A DNA stretch of 61,968 nucleotides from assembly GCA_023136245.1 (NCBI GenBank), contig JAGLRO010000003.1:1-61968 (forward strand), read 5' to 3'. The notes under the pieces were generated by a model, which had not been told where the DNA came from, ran no database searches, and saw only the letters and a list, made by a program, of their open reading frames with translations. Below are positions 1 through 7,294 of the stretch, piece after piece (the stretch's first letter is position 1; every line of letters starts with the position of its first letter). Made by a program: the position numbers and the translations under genes. The stretch is from Candidatus Heimdallarchaeota archaeon (GTDB lineage: Archaea; Asgardarchaeota; Heimdallarchaeia; Heimdallarchaeales; Heimdallarchaeaceae).

Positions 1-315
1 GCGGATGGATTACTTCAACTTAAAGAGAGTCTAACTATAAGTGGATCTTTCAATGGTGATAAAATTGAAGCAGAAGAAATTACTATTTCAGGATCTTTGA
101 GTTGCGATGAAGCTAAAAGTGTAACAATTACGGTTGAAAGCAATTCACGTGTCAATGCAACACTAATTGCTGAGAAGGTGATTGTAGAAGAAGAAGCACG
201 AGTTGATAATATTATTGCAGATGAAGTAGAACTTGGTGCTCGTGCACGTGTTCTTAAAGTCCAAGCTAAGGAATTGAACGCTGATCCTACAGCTAAATAT
301 AAATTAGCAGAATAA
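1..315 (+). CDS. bactofilin-like (polymer-forming, beta-helix repeat) protein, C-terminal part; 5' end lies outside the window
   Basis: Frame 1 is open from base 1 to the TAA at 313-315. The translation (ADGLLQLKESLTISGSFNGDKIEAEEITISGSLSCDEAKSVTITVESNSRVNATLIAEKVIVEEEARVDNIIADEVELGARARV) shows the short periodic repeats typical of bactofilin/DUF583 proteins. It resembles 48318..49220. Confidence 0.5.
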   Translation, partial: ADGLLQLKESLTISGSFNGDKIEAEEITISGSLSCDEAKSVTITVESNSRVNATLIAEKVIVEEEARVDNIIADEVELGARARVLKVQAKELNADPTAKYKLAE

Positions 316-401
316 ATCACAAAGAGAGAATATTGGGTCACACATTTTCTGAGACTCAACCCTTTTATTTTATATAGGAAATAGTAATTTGGTTGCTAAA
401 A

Positions 402-722
402 ATGCCCGCTATTAATAGAACAAGATATGATATTTATGCAGACATACTATCCGTTTTGGATTTTTATGTTGAAGCTGGAATCTCACAAATAGCTAGAAGA
501 GCCAACTTACCTGTAGATCGTGCTAAAGGTCTAGTCCAGTTTATGTTATCACGTGGTTTAATTGTTAAATATCCAAATCCGAAAAAACGTCCGGTTTATA
601 TATATAGAGCAACCAACAGAGGATCACAATATCTAAAATTGTACAAAGAAATATCACATTTAGTAGTAGAAATAACTGAAGATGAAATAGATATCTTACC
701 TGAATTTAGTGTCGAGTTATGA
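402..722 (+). CDS. small winged-helix DNA-binding protein
   Basis: ATG at 402; the track start at 393 is TTG in the same frame. RTRYDIYADILSVL...ISQIARRANLPVDRAKGLVQFMLSRGLIV...YRATNRGSQYL fits the HTH-plus-wing pattern of small archaeal wHTH proteins. Confidence 0.55.
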   Translation: MPAINRTRYDIYADILSVLDFYVEAGISQIARRANLPVDRAKGLVQFMLSRGLIVKYPNPKKRPVYIYRATNRGSQYLKLYKEISHLVVEITEDEIDILPEFSVEL

Positions 723-877
723 AATTATACTCGCAAAATAATGGTCATTTGACGAACAATTAGACTTCAGAGCACATTTCAGAAGAATGAATGGTCAAGA
801 TTGGAGTAGGTTTACAAAATTACTACCAGAAATTATTTTTTTTGACTTTATAAAGGATTATTGAGATTTTATATTAG

Positions 878-1150
878 ATGCAAGAAGAAAAGAAAATACA
901 ATCTGGAGTTTCTGAAGTTATTGCTGACAAATATCCAGGGTATAAATATGCAGTTCATTTCATAGAACATGAGGACATTATACAAAGAAAAGTAGGTTAT
1001 TCGCTCCTTGCTCCTCTCTTTAGATTATTACCGAATGAATTGCAAGAATACATCAGATATGTTTGGCAGTTTGACACTGAAAAAAGCAAAATGCCATATT
1101 CATTTGTAAAATGTTATGAAACTATTTTTATGGATAATGAAAAAAGCTGA
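878..1150 (+). CDS. hypothetical protein
   Basis: 90-aa ORF in an otherwise empty interval. I recognise no motif. Confidence 0.3.
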   Translation: MQEEKKIQSGVSEVIADKYPGYKYAVHFIEHEDIIQRKVGYSLLAPLFRLLPNELQEYIRYVWQFDTEKSKMPYSFVKCYETIFMDNEKS

Positions 1151-1164
1151 AAAATAAATCTAAA

Positions 1165-1395
1165 TCATCCACCTGTTAACTTGCGACGCATATACATATA
1201 TTGTTCTGTTGCTTGTTGATCGTCTGCCATTCTCTCATAAATTGTTCTGTACTTTCTTTTACGAATAGATAAAAGATTCTTCTGTTTTAGTCCTCTAACT
1301 ACTCTAATTATGAAATAAGAAACAAAAACGGAACTAATCAGTAGAAGAACAGCAAACACAATTAAAAAAACTTGTCTCAACAACATTTTTCTCAA
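1165..1395 (-). CDS. small single-pass membrane protein (hypothetical)
   Basis: 76-aa ORF with one hydrophobic helix (VFLIVFAVLLLISSVFVSYFII) followed by a basic tail. Confidence 0.3.
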   Translation of the reverse strand: MRKMLLRQVFLIVFAVLLLISSVFVSYFIIRVVRGLKQKNLLSIRKRKYRTIYERMADDQQATEQYMYMRRKLTGG

Positions 1396-1500
1396 AGGAT
1401 ACTTAGTATTAAAGAAATATTAGTGTTTTGTAAAAAATACATAATCAGAAATTACAAAGTATTTCTGCCAAAGGTAGAAAAAGTGGTGGGGACTGGGTGA

Positions 1501-1539
1501 GATTCATGTTGTAAGGTATTTTTTTTTCCTCGCAAACAT
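1501..1539 (-). other. tRNA-Trp intron 2 (39 nt, non-canonical T-loop position 59/60)
   Basis: Strict hBHBh' motif. The T stem GGGTG/CACCC is the outer helix. Then come the 3-nt bulge TC|T, the 4-bp helix TTCA/TGAA, the 3-nt bulge AA|A and the inner helix TGTT/AACA. Cutting after the second bulge nucleotide restores the T loop TTCAAAT. Confidence 0.7.
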
Positions 1540-1561
1540 TTTGAACACCCGACCAATTGGT

Positions 1562-1646
1562 ATCTTCGTTTGCACGTGCTCATCGCTCCAATGAGTAATC
1601 ATAAGATTTTCATTCTACCAATGCTATTCATTTACACGTGCATTCA
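1562..1646 (-). other. tRNA-Trp intron 1 (85 nt, canonical position 37/38)
   Basis: It lies between G37 and A38. The inner helix is TGCACGTG/CACGTGCA. The central helix CTCC/GAAG has one mismatch, so the bulge-helix-bulge motif is relaxed. Confidence 0.7.
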
Positions 1647-1761
1647 CTGGAGCCAACCACTCTACCGGACTGAGCCAAGTCCCCATTCTGGTCATTCTTT
1701 TCTCTTCTTCTCTTCTTTTAAGGTTTTCTTTATCTTTTTGTTTGAGATTATTTTTTATTTC

Positions 1762-2868
1762 CTACTCTATGTAGTAGTTTTTTTCTTCAATAAGAAATCC
1801 TTTGATATTTTCACCAACACCCTTATTTCTAGGTACTCTTTCCAAATTGTCATCAATATTCTCGTAATTATCCATAGCCATTATTATTACCGTTTGTCCC
1901 TCAACTGAAACAAGCATGTATTCCCTCTCTATTATCTCATTATTTCTTCTGCTAGCTTGGCTTTCAACTCTTTTTCTGTCAATTTTCTTGATTTCATGTG
2001 TTTCTAAAGATTCCATTTTGATTAGTGCATCACTAACATTTTTGACTACCCACAAAATTCTTTCATACTCTACTATATCTCCCTTAGCAAATTCTGGAAG
2101 TTTCACTAGATATGTATTGGTGTATACCTCTGCTCCATCCTTTGAAGTTGTTTTGTGTTCATACGCAGTTGTTAGTTTTCCAGAGGTGAAATTCTTAATT
2201 TCTCGCGCTAAGGTTTCAGCAAGAAATTTCGTACTAACTTGTGCAGTAATCCCATCTTGATCCACTTCGAAATCTAAAATATATGCTAATCTTGCATCTT
2301 CGTATTGCTTCATTTTATTTTCTATCTGCTGTTCAATTTCTTCCTCTTCTTTTTCTGTGAGTTTCCTATTGTCTCCACGAACCTGCAAAATGGCTTCAAA
2401 ATATCCTGATTTGTACTTAGAACAATCATCACAGATTGATCGTAGCATTTTCAATCTTGTTCTAAATTCTTCTTCAAACTCACTAAACTCCTCATAAGGT
2501 TTTGTCACAATTCTAGTATTTATTTCAAATTCCTTTACTCCATAGTTCATGATCTTACTTTCTTCAATGTTATCAGTAAAATCATATTGAAAAGTAGAAT
2601 CAAGATCAATGTTTTCTAAAATAGCTCTTCTAGCTACTTCTCTTATTACTTCTTCCAATCCTTCTTCTCTATTCTGAGTATCAGTATGAGCACCAAGTAT
2701 TCTAAGTGATCCACAAGTTGAACATATTTCAACCTTCAAAGAATCAACTTTCTTCATTTCCAGGGGATTTTCTTTTTTATAACATTTTTCACAAAGGTTA
2801 TCTAAAAATGGACCTCCTGCCGAACCACATACTGCACAAAATCTTCCCCTTTGCGAAATAATATTCAC
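1762..2868 (-). CDS. nmd3: NMD3-family ribosomal large-subunit export/biogenesis factor homolog
   Basis: N-terminal CxxC pairs (CAVCGS...CEKCY, CSTCGS) and a later CDDC, followed by the NMD3-type body. Size and layout are typical of archaeal NMD3. Confidence 0.8.
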   Translation of the reverse strand: MNIISQRGRFCAVCGSAGGPFLDNLCEKCYKKENPLEMKKVDSLKVEICSTCGSLRILGAHTDTQNREEGLEEVIREVARRAILENIDLDSTFQYDFTDNIEESKIMNYGVKEFEINTRIVTKPYEEFSEFEEEFRTRLKMLRSICDDCSKYKSGYFEAILQVRGDNRKLTEKEEEEIEQQIENKMKQYEDARLAYILDFEVDQDGITAQVSTKFLAETLAREIKNFTSGKLTTAYEHKTTSKDGAEVYTNTYLVKLPEFAKGDIVEYERILWVVKNVSDALIKMESLETHEIKKIDRKRVESQASRRNNEIIEREYMLVSVEGQTVIIMAMDNYENIDDNLERVPRNKGVGENIKGFLIEEKNYYIE

Positions 2869-2915
2869 CTACTTCAGATTTTCCTCCCCATTAAAGCAAA
2901 TAAGCCTTTTCTTGT

Positions 2916-3233
2916 TTATCTTATTAGAATTGCATGACCTATTTTTTTCCCTTTTCCACCTGGTTGTTCCATCCAAAGAATTGCGTCTTTGTGAATCATT
3001 CTATTTTCAATCAAAACATCTATGATTCTTGTACCAATAATGTTCGCAGAAGTACAATTTTTTATGGCATCCAAAAGCTCTTTTTCATTGACTAGTTCTT
3101 CTCCATAGAATATTTGATTTACTTTAATTTTCACCCCATGGCCATCTAGTTCCATATCTACAACTTCTTTGTCACATGCAGCTACTAATCTTTCACCTGG
3201 CTGCTTAATAATTTTCATGAAAAAAGTTGGCAT
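2916..3233 (-). CDS. DUF424-family protein
   Basis: VAACDKEVVDMEL...FYGEELVNEKELLDAIKNCTSANIIG matches the archaeal DUF424 pattern. The gene has the usual neighbour, aIF2-beta. Confidence 0.65.
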   Translation of the reverse strand: MPTFFMKIIKQPGERLVAACDKEVVDMELDGHGVKIKVNQIFYGEELVNEKELLDAIKNCTSANIIGTRIIDVLIENRMIHKDAILWMEQPGGKGKKIGHAILIR

Positions 3234-3252
3234 AGATTTTCACACTAATTTT

Positions 3253-3663
3253 TTATTTTCTTAATGGTTTTACTGCAATGGAAGCTCCACAAGCATCACA
3301 TCGCTTCCACATAATACGTGTTTCTGTGATAAGTCTAGTATCTGGCTTACCACATTCTCCACAAATCACATAATCTTTTACATATCTTTCTAAGAGAGTT
3401 TGTAATGAAACTTTCGCGTGCTTTCCAGCAAAAACAGCTCTATTTCCTTCCATAGTAACAGAAGTTGCTAGCTCACCGGCCATAAACTTAAGAAAATGAT
3501 TTTCATCCCTATTAATCCTTTCTAGAACGTCTCGAATGTTGACAATGAAAGTCTTATTTCCTTCAATTACAGAGCTTATAGTTGGTATCTCAAATCTAGA
3601 TTTTTCAAATACTTTCTCTGGGAGCTGTTTTCTTGCTCTTTCATATAAGTCTTTATAGTCCAT
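3253..3663 (-). CDS. eif2b: translation initiation factor 2 subunit beta (aIF2-beta)
   Basis: MDYKDLYERARKQLPE... N-terminus, central NRDENHFLKFMAGELATS segment and a C-terminal zinc ribbon (CGECGKPDT...CDACG). Confidence 0.9.
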   Translation of the reverse strand: MDYKDLYERARKQLPEKVFEKSRFEIPTISSVIEGNKTFIVNIRDVLERINRDENHFLKFMAGELATSVTMEGNRAVFAGKHAKVSLQTLLERYVKDYVICGECGKPDTRLITETRIMWKRCDACGASIAVKPLRK

Positions 3664-3796
3664 TTTCGAACCTCAACTCATTTTTACTTCTATCCTTTTT
3701 GTTTGTTTCGTTTCAAACCTCTTTCTTCCTTTCTTTGTTTTCAATGAAGCAAAAGATATTTTAAGACATAGCATATCCCTAATTTGAGGTTAGTAT

Positions 3797-4171
3797 TTGA
3801 GTAAAAGAAAAAGACCTACAAAACCAAGAAAAAAACAAAAAAAGGGTCCTGGTGCCGCAGCTTGGATTACGGCAGATTCAGACGCCATAAGAGCACAACT
3901 GCCAAAAGAAGGAGAAGTTTTTGGAATTGTGTTGCAAATATTAGGAGCTAGTATTTTGCTAGTAAAATGCTTAGATGGGTTTACAAGACAAATTCGTATT
4001 CCAGGCAAATATAGAAAACGAATGTGGTGTAGAATTGGGGATGTTGTCATAATTATGCCACTATACGGCATGAACCCTGATGAAAAAGGAGAATTAGTTC
4101 ATCGATTCAGAAAGAATGAGGTTAGATGGTTAATTAATAATAAACACATACCTGATGATTTTGTTAATTAA
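3797..4171 (+). CDS. eif1a: translation initiation factor 1A (aIF1A), TTG start, with a basic N-terminal tail
   Basis: S1/OB core LPKEGEVFGIVLQILGASILLVKCLDGFTRQIRIPGKYRKRMWCRIGDVVII. An in-frame TAG sits at 3791. TTG at 3797 is the only plausible start upstream of the conserved core, and GAGGT lies 7 nt before it. Confidence 0.85.
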   Translation: MSKRKRPTKPRKKQKKGPGAAAWITADSDAIRAQLPKEGEVFGIVLQILGASILLVKCLDGFTRQIRIPGKYRKRMWCRIGDVVIIMPLYGMNPDEKGELVHRFRKNEVRWLINNKHIPDDFVN

Positions 4172-4370
4172 GATTTTAGCTGTTATCAACTTTTTATGTT
4201 TCAATGTTATGAATTCTGTTTTGAGCTTCAACAATAGTTTTATTTATTTCCTACTTGCTTTCTAATTAGAGAAAGCTTGAGCTTTATCATTCATCGCCCC
4301 CATTAGTTGATTTCCCTCGTTTGATAGAACTCGTACTCAATCACACATAAGCAAAAGGATTGTGATAGTC

Positions 4371-5171
4371 ATGTCAGATAAAGAAATTCGTGACATCGAT
4401 AAACGCATAGACAAAGAAAGAATTAGAGAAAAGGATATTGATACCCTTAAAGTGATTGAGAGCGTATTTGATTATCAAACCAGTATGTTTGTTGTAAAAC
4501 TAATGAATAAGGGGATTATAAATGAAATAGGTTTTTGTGTTTCAACAGGAAAAGAAGCTAATGTATACCATTGTTATGGTCCTGATAATACAGAATTGGC
4601 GATGAAAATTTATAGAACAACAACTGCTGAGTTCAAAAGAAATTGGATGTACGTTGAAGGAGATCCTCGTTTTAAAAGCTACAAAAAAGGAACTTATTCC
4701 TTTATTTACACATGGGCTAGAAAAGAATTCAAAAACCTAAAAAGAATGAAAGAAGCAGATGTTAGAGTTCCAGAACCTGTATTTGTTTTGAAAAATATCT
4801 TGGTAATGGAATTTATTGGAAAAAACCAAGATGCAGCTCCACTATTGAGAGAGGTTAAATTAAGAAAACCCAATAAAGTATATTCGGAAATTTTAGAATA
4901 TTTAACAAAATTATATGAAAGGGGCAGAATGGTACATGCGGATTTAAGTGAATACAATATTCTTTATTTCAAAAAACAACCTATCATTATTGATGTCTCA
5001 CAAGCTGTTCTTTTAGACCATCCTCATGCCGCAGTATTTCTATATAGAGACATTCATAATATTAATCGCTACTTTACATCTTTGAGGGTAGAAACTCTCA
5101 CAGATGAAGAGCTTTATGAACAAATAACAGATTCCCCACCTAGCCCTAAAGTCAAAGCTATAGAGTTTTAA
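4371..5171 (+). CDS. rio1: RIO-type serine/threonine protein kinase (Rio1-like)
   Basis: STGKEANVY nucleotide-binding loop, HADLSEYNIL catalytic loop and IIDVSQAV metal-binding loop. ATG at 4371; the track GTG is at 4362. Confidence 0.9.
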   Translation: MSDKEIRDIDKRIDKERIREKDIDTLKVIESVFDYQTSMFVVKLMNKGIINEIGFCVSTGKEANVYHCYGPDNTELAMKIYRTTTAEFKRNWMYVEGDPRFKSYKKGTYSFIYTWARKEFKNLKRMKEADVRVPEPVFVLKNILVMEFIGKNQDAAPLLREVKLRKPNKVYSEILEYLTKLYERGRMVHADLSEYNILYFKKQPIIIDVSQAVLLDHPHAAVFLYRDIHNINRYFTSLRVETLTDEELYEQITDSPPSPKVKAIEF

Positions 5172-5184
5172 TTGGTGTTATCAG

Positions 5185-5850
5185 ATGTCAAGTGAATTTT
5201 TAGTTAGGATCCCACTTGAAAGAGTTGCGGTATTGATAGGTCCGAAGGGTAGCACAAAGAAGAAGATAGAACAATTAACTGAATGCAATCTAAACATTGA
5301 CAGTAAAAGTGGAGATGTGATAATAACTGCTGAAGAAGATTTAGAAGATCCCATCAGTTTGTGGAAAGCAAGAGATATGATTAAAGCAATAGGAAGAGGA
5401 TTCAGCCCTCCGAAAGCATATCAAATCAATAATGCAGGTTATGGATTTGAATTAATTCAGCTAAGAGACTTTGTTGGAAATTCACAAAACGCATTAAGAG
5501 AAGTAAAATCAAGACTTATAGGTAAAAATGGGAGAACTCGTCACATCATAGAACAAACTACTGCATCCCATATATCTGTTTATGGAAATACCGTTTGTAT
5601 AATATCAGAATTTAGTAAATTACAAATTCTTCGAGAAGGAATTATAAGATTAATAAACGGTGCAAAACAAAGTAGTGTCTACAAATATCTAGAGCAACAG
5701 ATAAGAGAATTAAAGGGAAAAAAAGACAAAATTTGGGTTAAAAAAGAAGAAGAAGAAGATTTAGTAGGTATCACCGATTTAGATGAGCTTGAAAGATTGA
5801 TTTTTGAAACAGATGAAGAAGAGGAGAATTCTGAATCAAATGACAAATAA
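5185..5850 (+). CDS. KH-domain RNA-binding protein (archaeal Dim2/Pno1-like)
   Basis: Two KH GxxG loops (IGPKGSTKKKIE and IGKNGRTRHIIE). It follows aIF1A and Rio1, the conserved archaeal order. Acidic C-terminal tail. Confidence 0.8.
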   Translation: MSSEFLVRIPLERVAVLIGPKGSTKKKIEQLTECNLNIDSKSGDVIITAEEDLEDPISLWKARDMIKAIGRGFSPPKAYQINNAGYGFELIQLRDFVGNSQNALREVKSRLIGKNGRTRHIIEQTTASHISVYGNTVCIISEFSKLQILREGIIRLINGAKQSSVYKYLEQQIRELKGKKDKIWVKKEEEEDLVGITDLDELERLIFETDEEEENSESNDK

Positions 5851-6499
5851 AGATTTTCAAATTTCAAACAACTGCTTTGATCTACATGTTCATAGTCATT
5901 ATTCTAATGATTGCAAAAGTCAACCAAAAGATATTCTGAAAATGGCAAAAAAAATAAAACTCTCAGGAGTTGCTATAACGGATCATAACACTGCAAAATT
6001 CCATCGCGAAAAATGGAAAAACAAAGAGCTACTTATTATTCCAGGTGTTGAAATTTCTACTAATAGGGGACATGTAATAGGATTAGGAATAAGTGACACC
6101 ATCAAGAAAAAAATCTCTGTTGAAGAAACAATAGAGAAAATAATAGAGCTAGGGGGATTAACTATCATACCTCATCCCTTCGATTTTACTAGAAAAGGCA
6201 TAGGAAGAAAAATCAAGAAGTTAGACAGAGTTGTTGTTGAAACTCTGAATGGTTCATGTCCCTTGAGGAGGTTCAATGAAAAAGCGAAAATGTGGGCAAA
6301 AATAAACAACCTCTCTGAAACAGGGGGAAGTGATGCCCATAGGATAAGAGATATTGGCATGGCTCACACAGTTTTTGATAATAAATTAGAAACAGTAGAT
6401 GAATTAATAGAAGAAATAAGAAAAGGGAGAACAAAGATAAGAGGAACCAACCTATCAATTGCTGAGAAAATCGTAAGAACATTTCAGATACATTTCTAA
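5840..6499 (+). CDS. PHP-domain metal-dependent phosphoesterase
   Basis: DLHVHSHYSNDC, AITDHN, GVEIS, IPHPF and GGSDAHR form the PHP metal-ligand series. The likely start is ATG 5840, which overlaps the stop of the previous gene. Confidence 0.8.
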   Translation: MTNKDFQISNNCFDLHVHSHYSNDCKSQPKDILKMAKKIKLSGVAITDHNTAKFHREKWKNKELLIIPGVEISTNRGHVIGLGISDTIKKKISVEETIEKIIELGGLTIIPHPFDFTRKGIGRKIKKLDRVVVETLNGSCPLRRFNEKAKMWAKINNLSETGGSDAHRIRDIGMAHTVFDNKLETVDELIEEIRKGRTKIRGTNLSIAEKIVRTFQIHF

Positions 6500-6587
6500 G
6501 AATGAACGAAAAAGTTTATTTTTTTTACTAAAATATAAAATAACATTTAAAGTGATAAAAAGAAGGAAAGAAGAATAGAAGTGGAGA

Positions 6588-6743
6588 TCAAAAAGCGTTG
6601 TTCTTATTCCACATTTCATCTTTAAGCAAATCTCGAATAGCGACTCTTATGCATTCACTTCTATTTGGATATCTTTTCAATCTTACTAATTCATCTAAAT
6701 CATGAAGAAACTCATCTGGGAGATGAACGGTAACTAGTTTCAT
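6588..6743 (-). CDS. ribbon-helix-helix (CopG/MetJ-type) DNA-binding protein, 51 aa, absent from the ORF track
   Basis: The minus strand translates as MKLVTVHLPDEFLHDLDELVRLKRYPNRSECIRVAIRDLLKDEMWNKNNAF. That is a beta strand, helix A and helix B with the NRSE/IR signature. It is a paralog of 21286..21495. Confidence 0.7.
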   Translation of the reverse strand: MKLVTVHLPDEFLHDLDELVRLKRYPNRSECIRVAIRDLLKDEMWNKNNAF

Positions 6744-6789
6744 TCTTATTACACCTCTAATTTCACTTCTTGTTTTTTATTTAAAGGAA

Positions 6790-6800
6790 ATGTAATATTA
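6790..6800. promoter_or_regulatory. candidate RHH operator half-palindrome ATGTAATATTA
   Basis: It lies 47-57 nt upstream of the RHH start at 6743. The motif and spacing match the palindrome upstream of the paralog at 21543..21556. Confidence 0.3.
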
Positions 6801-6955
6801 GGAAAATATACTTCTCTATTTTCGCATAGGTTTCTGATATGTACTTTTCTATAAAAAATTATACAATAATTCTACTTAAAGCGCGTGTAGCACCATTTAT
6901 CTCAAGTTTAGAAGATAATACAATTACGACTAGTTTGGTAGGAGGTCCATTTTTT

Positions 6956-7282
6956 TCATTTTATATCTGTTCCAGGAGGAACTTTCCTGTCAAGATTTAG
7001 TAGAATTGGTTCCCCATCAATATCAGCTGCTAATAGCATACCATCTGATTTTTCACCCATTAAAGTTGCTGGTTTAAGATTTGTAACTACTACTATTTGT
7101 CGTCCAATCAAATCTTCTGGATTGTAATATTTCTTAATTCCTGCCAGTATTTGTCTTTGTTCTTCTCCTAAGTCTATATTCAGCTTTATTAGATTTTTAC
7201 TTTTCTCAATTGATTCTGCATTGACTATTGTAGCGACTTTCAATTCAACTTTCTTGAATTCATCATAGCTTATTTCGTCCAT
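6956..7282 (-). CDS. tRNA-binding domain protein (Trbp111/CsaA-like; stand-alone MetRS C-terminal domain)
   Basis: FKKVELKVATIVNAE...KLNIDLGEE.RQILAGI...LIGRQIVVVTNLKPATLMGEKSDGMLLAA is the OB-fold tRNA-binding domain that is normally fused to the MetRS C-terminus. It sits 12 nt downstream of metG. Confidence 0.8.
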   Translation of the reverse strand: MDEISYDEFKKVELKVATIVNAESIEKSKNLIKLNIDLGEEQRQILAGIKKYYNPEDLIGRQIVVVTNLKPATLMGEKSDGMLLAADIDGEPILLNLDRKVPPGTDIK

Positions 7283-7294
7283 CTTTTCAACCTC

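Larger units (their letters stand above)
1484..1684 (-). tRNA. tRNA-Trp (anticodon CCA) with two introns and a genomically encoded CCA end
   Basis: The minus strand folds as a cloverleaf. Acceptor stem GGGGACT/AGTCCCC, D stem GCTC/GAGT, anticodon stem GTTGG/CCAAT with loop CT-CCA-G...A, variable loop TGGTC, T stem GGGTG/CACCC, T loop TTCAAAT, discriminator A, then CCA. Exons are 1647-1684, 1540-1561 and 1484-1500, giving 77 nt when joined. Confidence 0.8.

Noticed and set aside
1165-1395. Small ORF ending in Gly-Gly as a possible ubiquitin-like modifier for the E1-like enzyme
   Set aside because: The N-terminal half is a hydrophobic TM helix and the rest is basic and helical, with no beta-grasp pattern. 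The terminal GG is most likely coincidence, and the ORF lies 24 kb from the E1-like gene.
1562-1646. Box C/D guide RNA inside the 85-nt tRNA-Trp intron (as in Haloferax)
   Set aside because: Only degenerate candidates are present (CGATGAG, TATGATTA) and there is no CTGA D box in the right position. Not claimable from sequence alone.
1570-1908. 112-aa plus-strand ORF from the six-frame track
   Set aside because: It runs antisense across the tRNA-Trp gene and the 3' end of NMD3. Its sequence is low-complexity and Phe/Ile/Leu-rich, typical of chance ORFs in AT-rich DNA.
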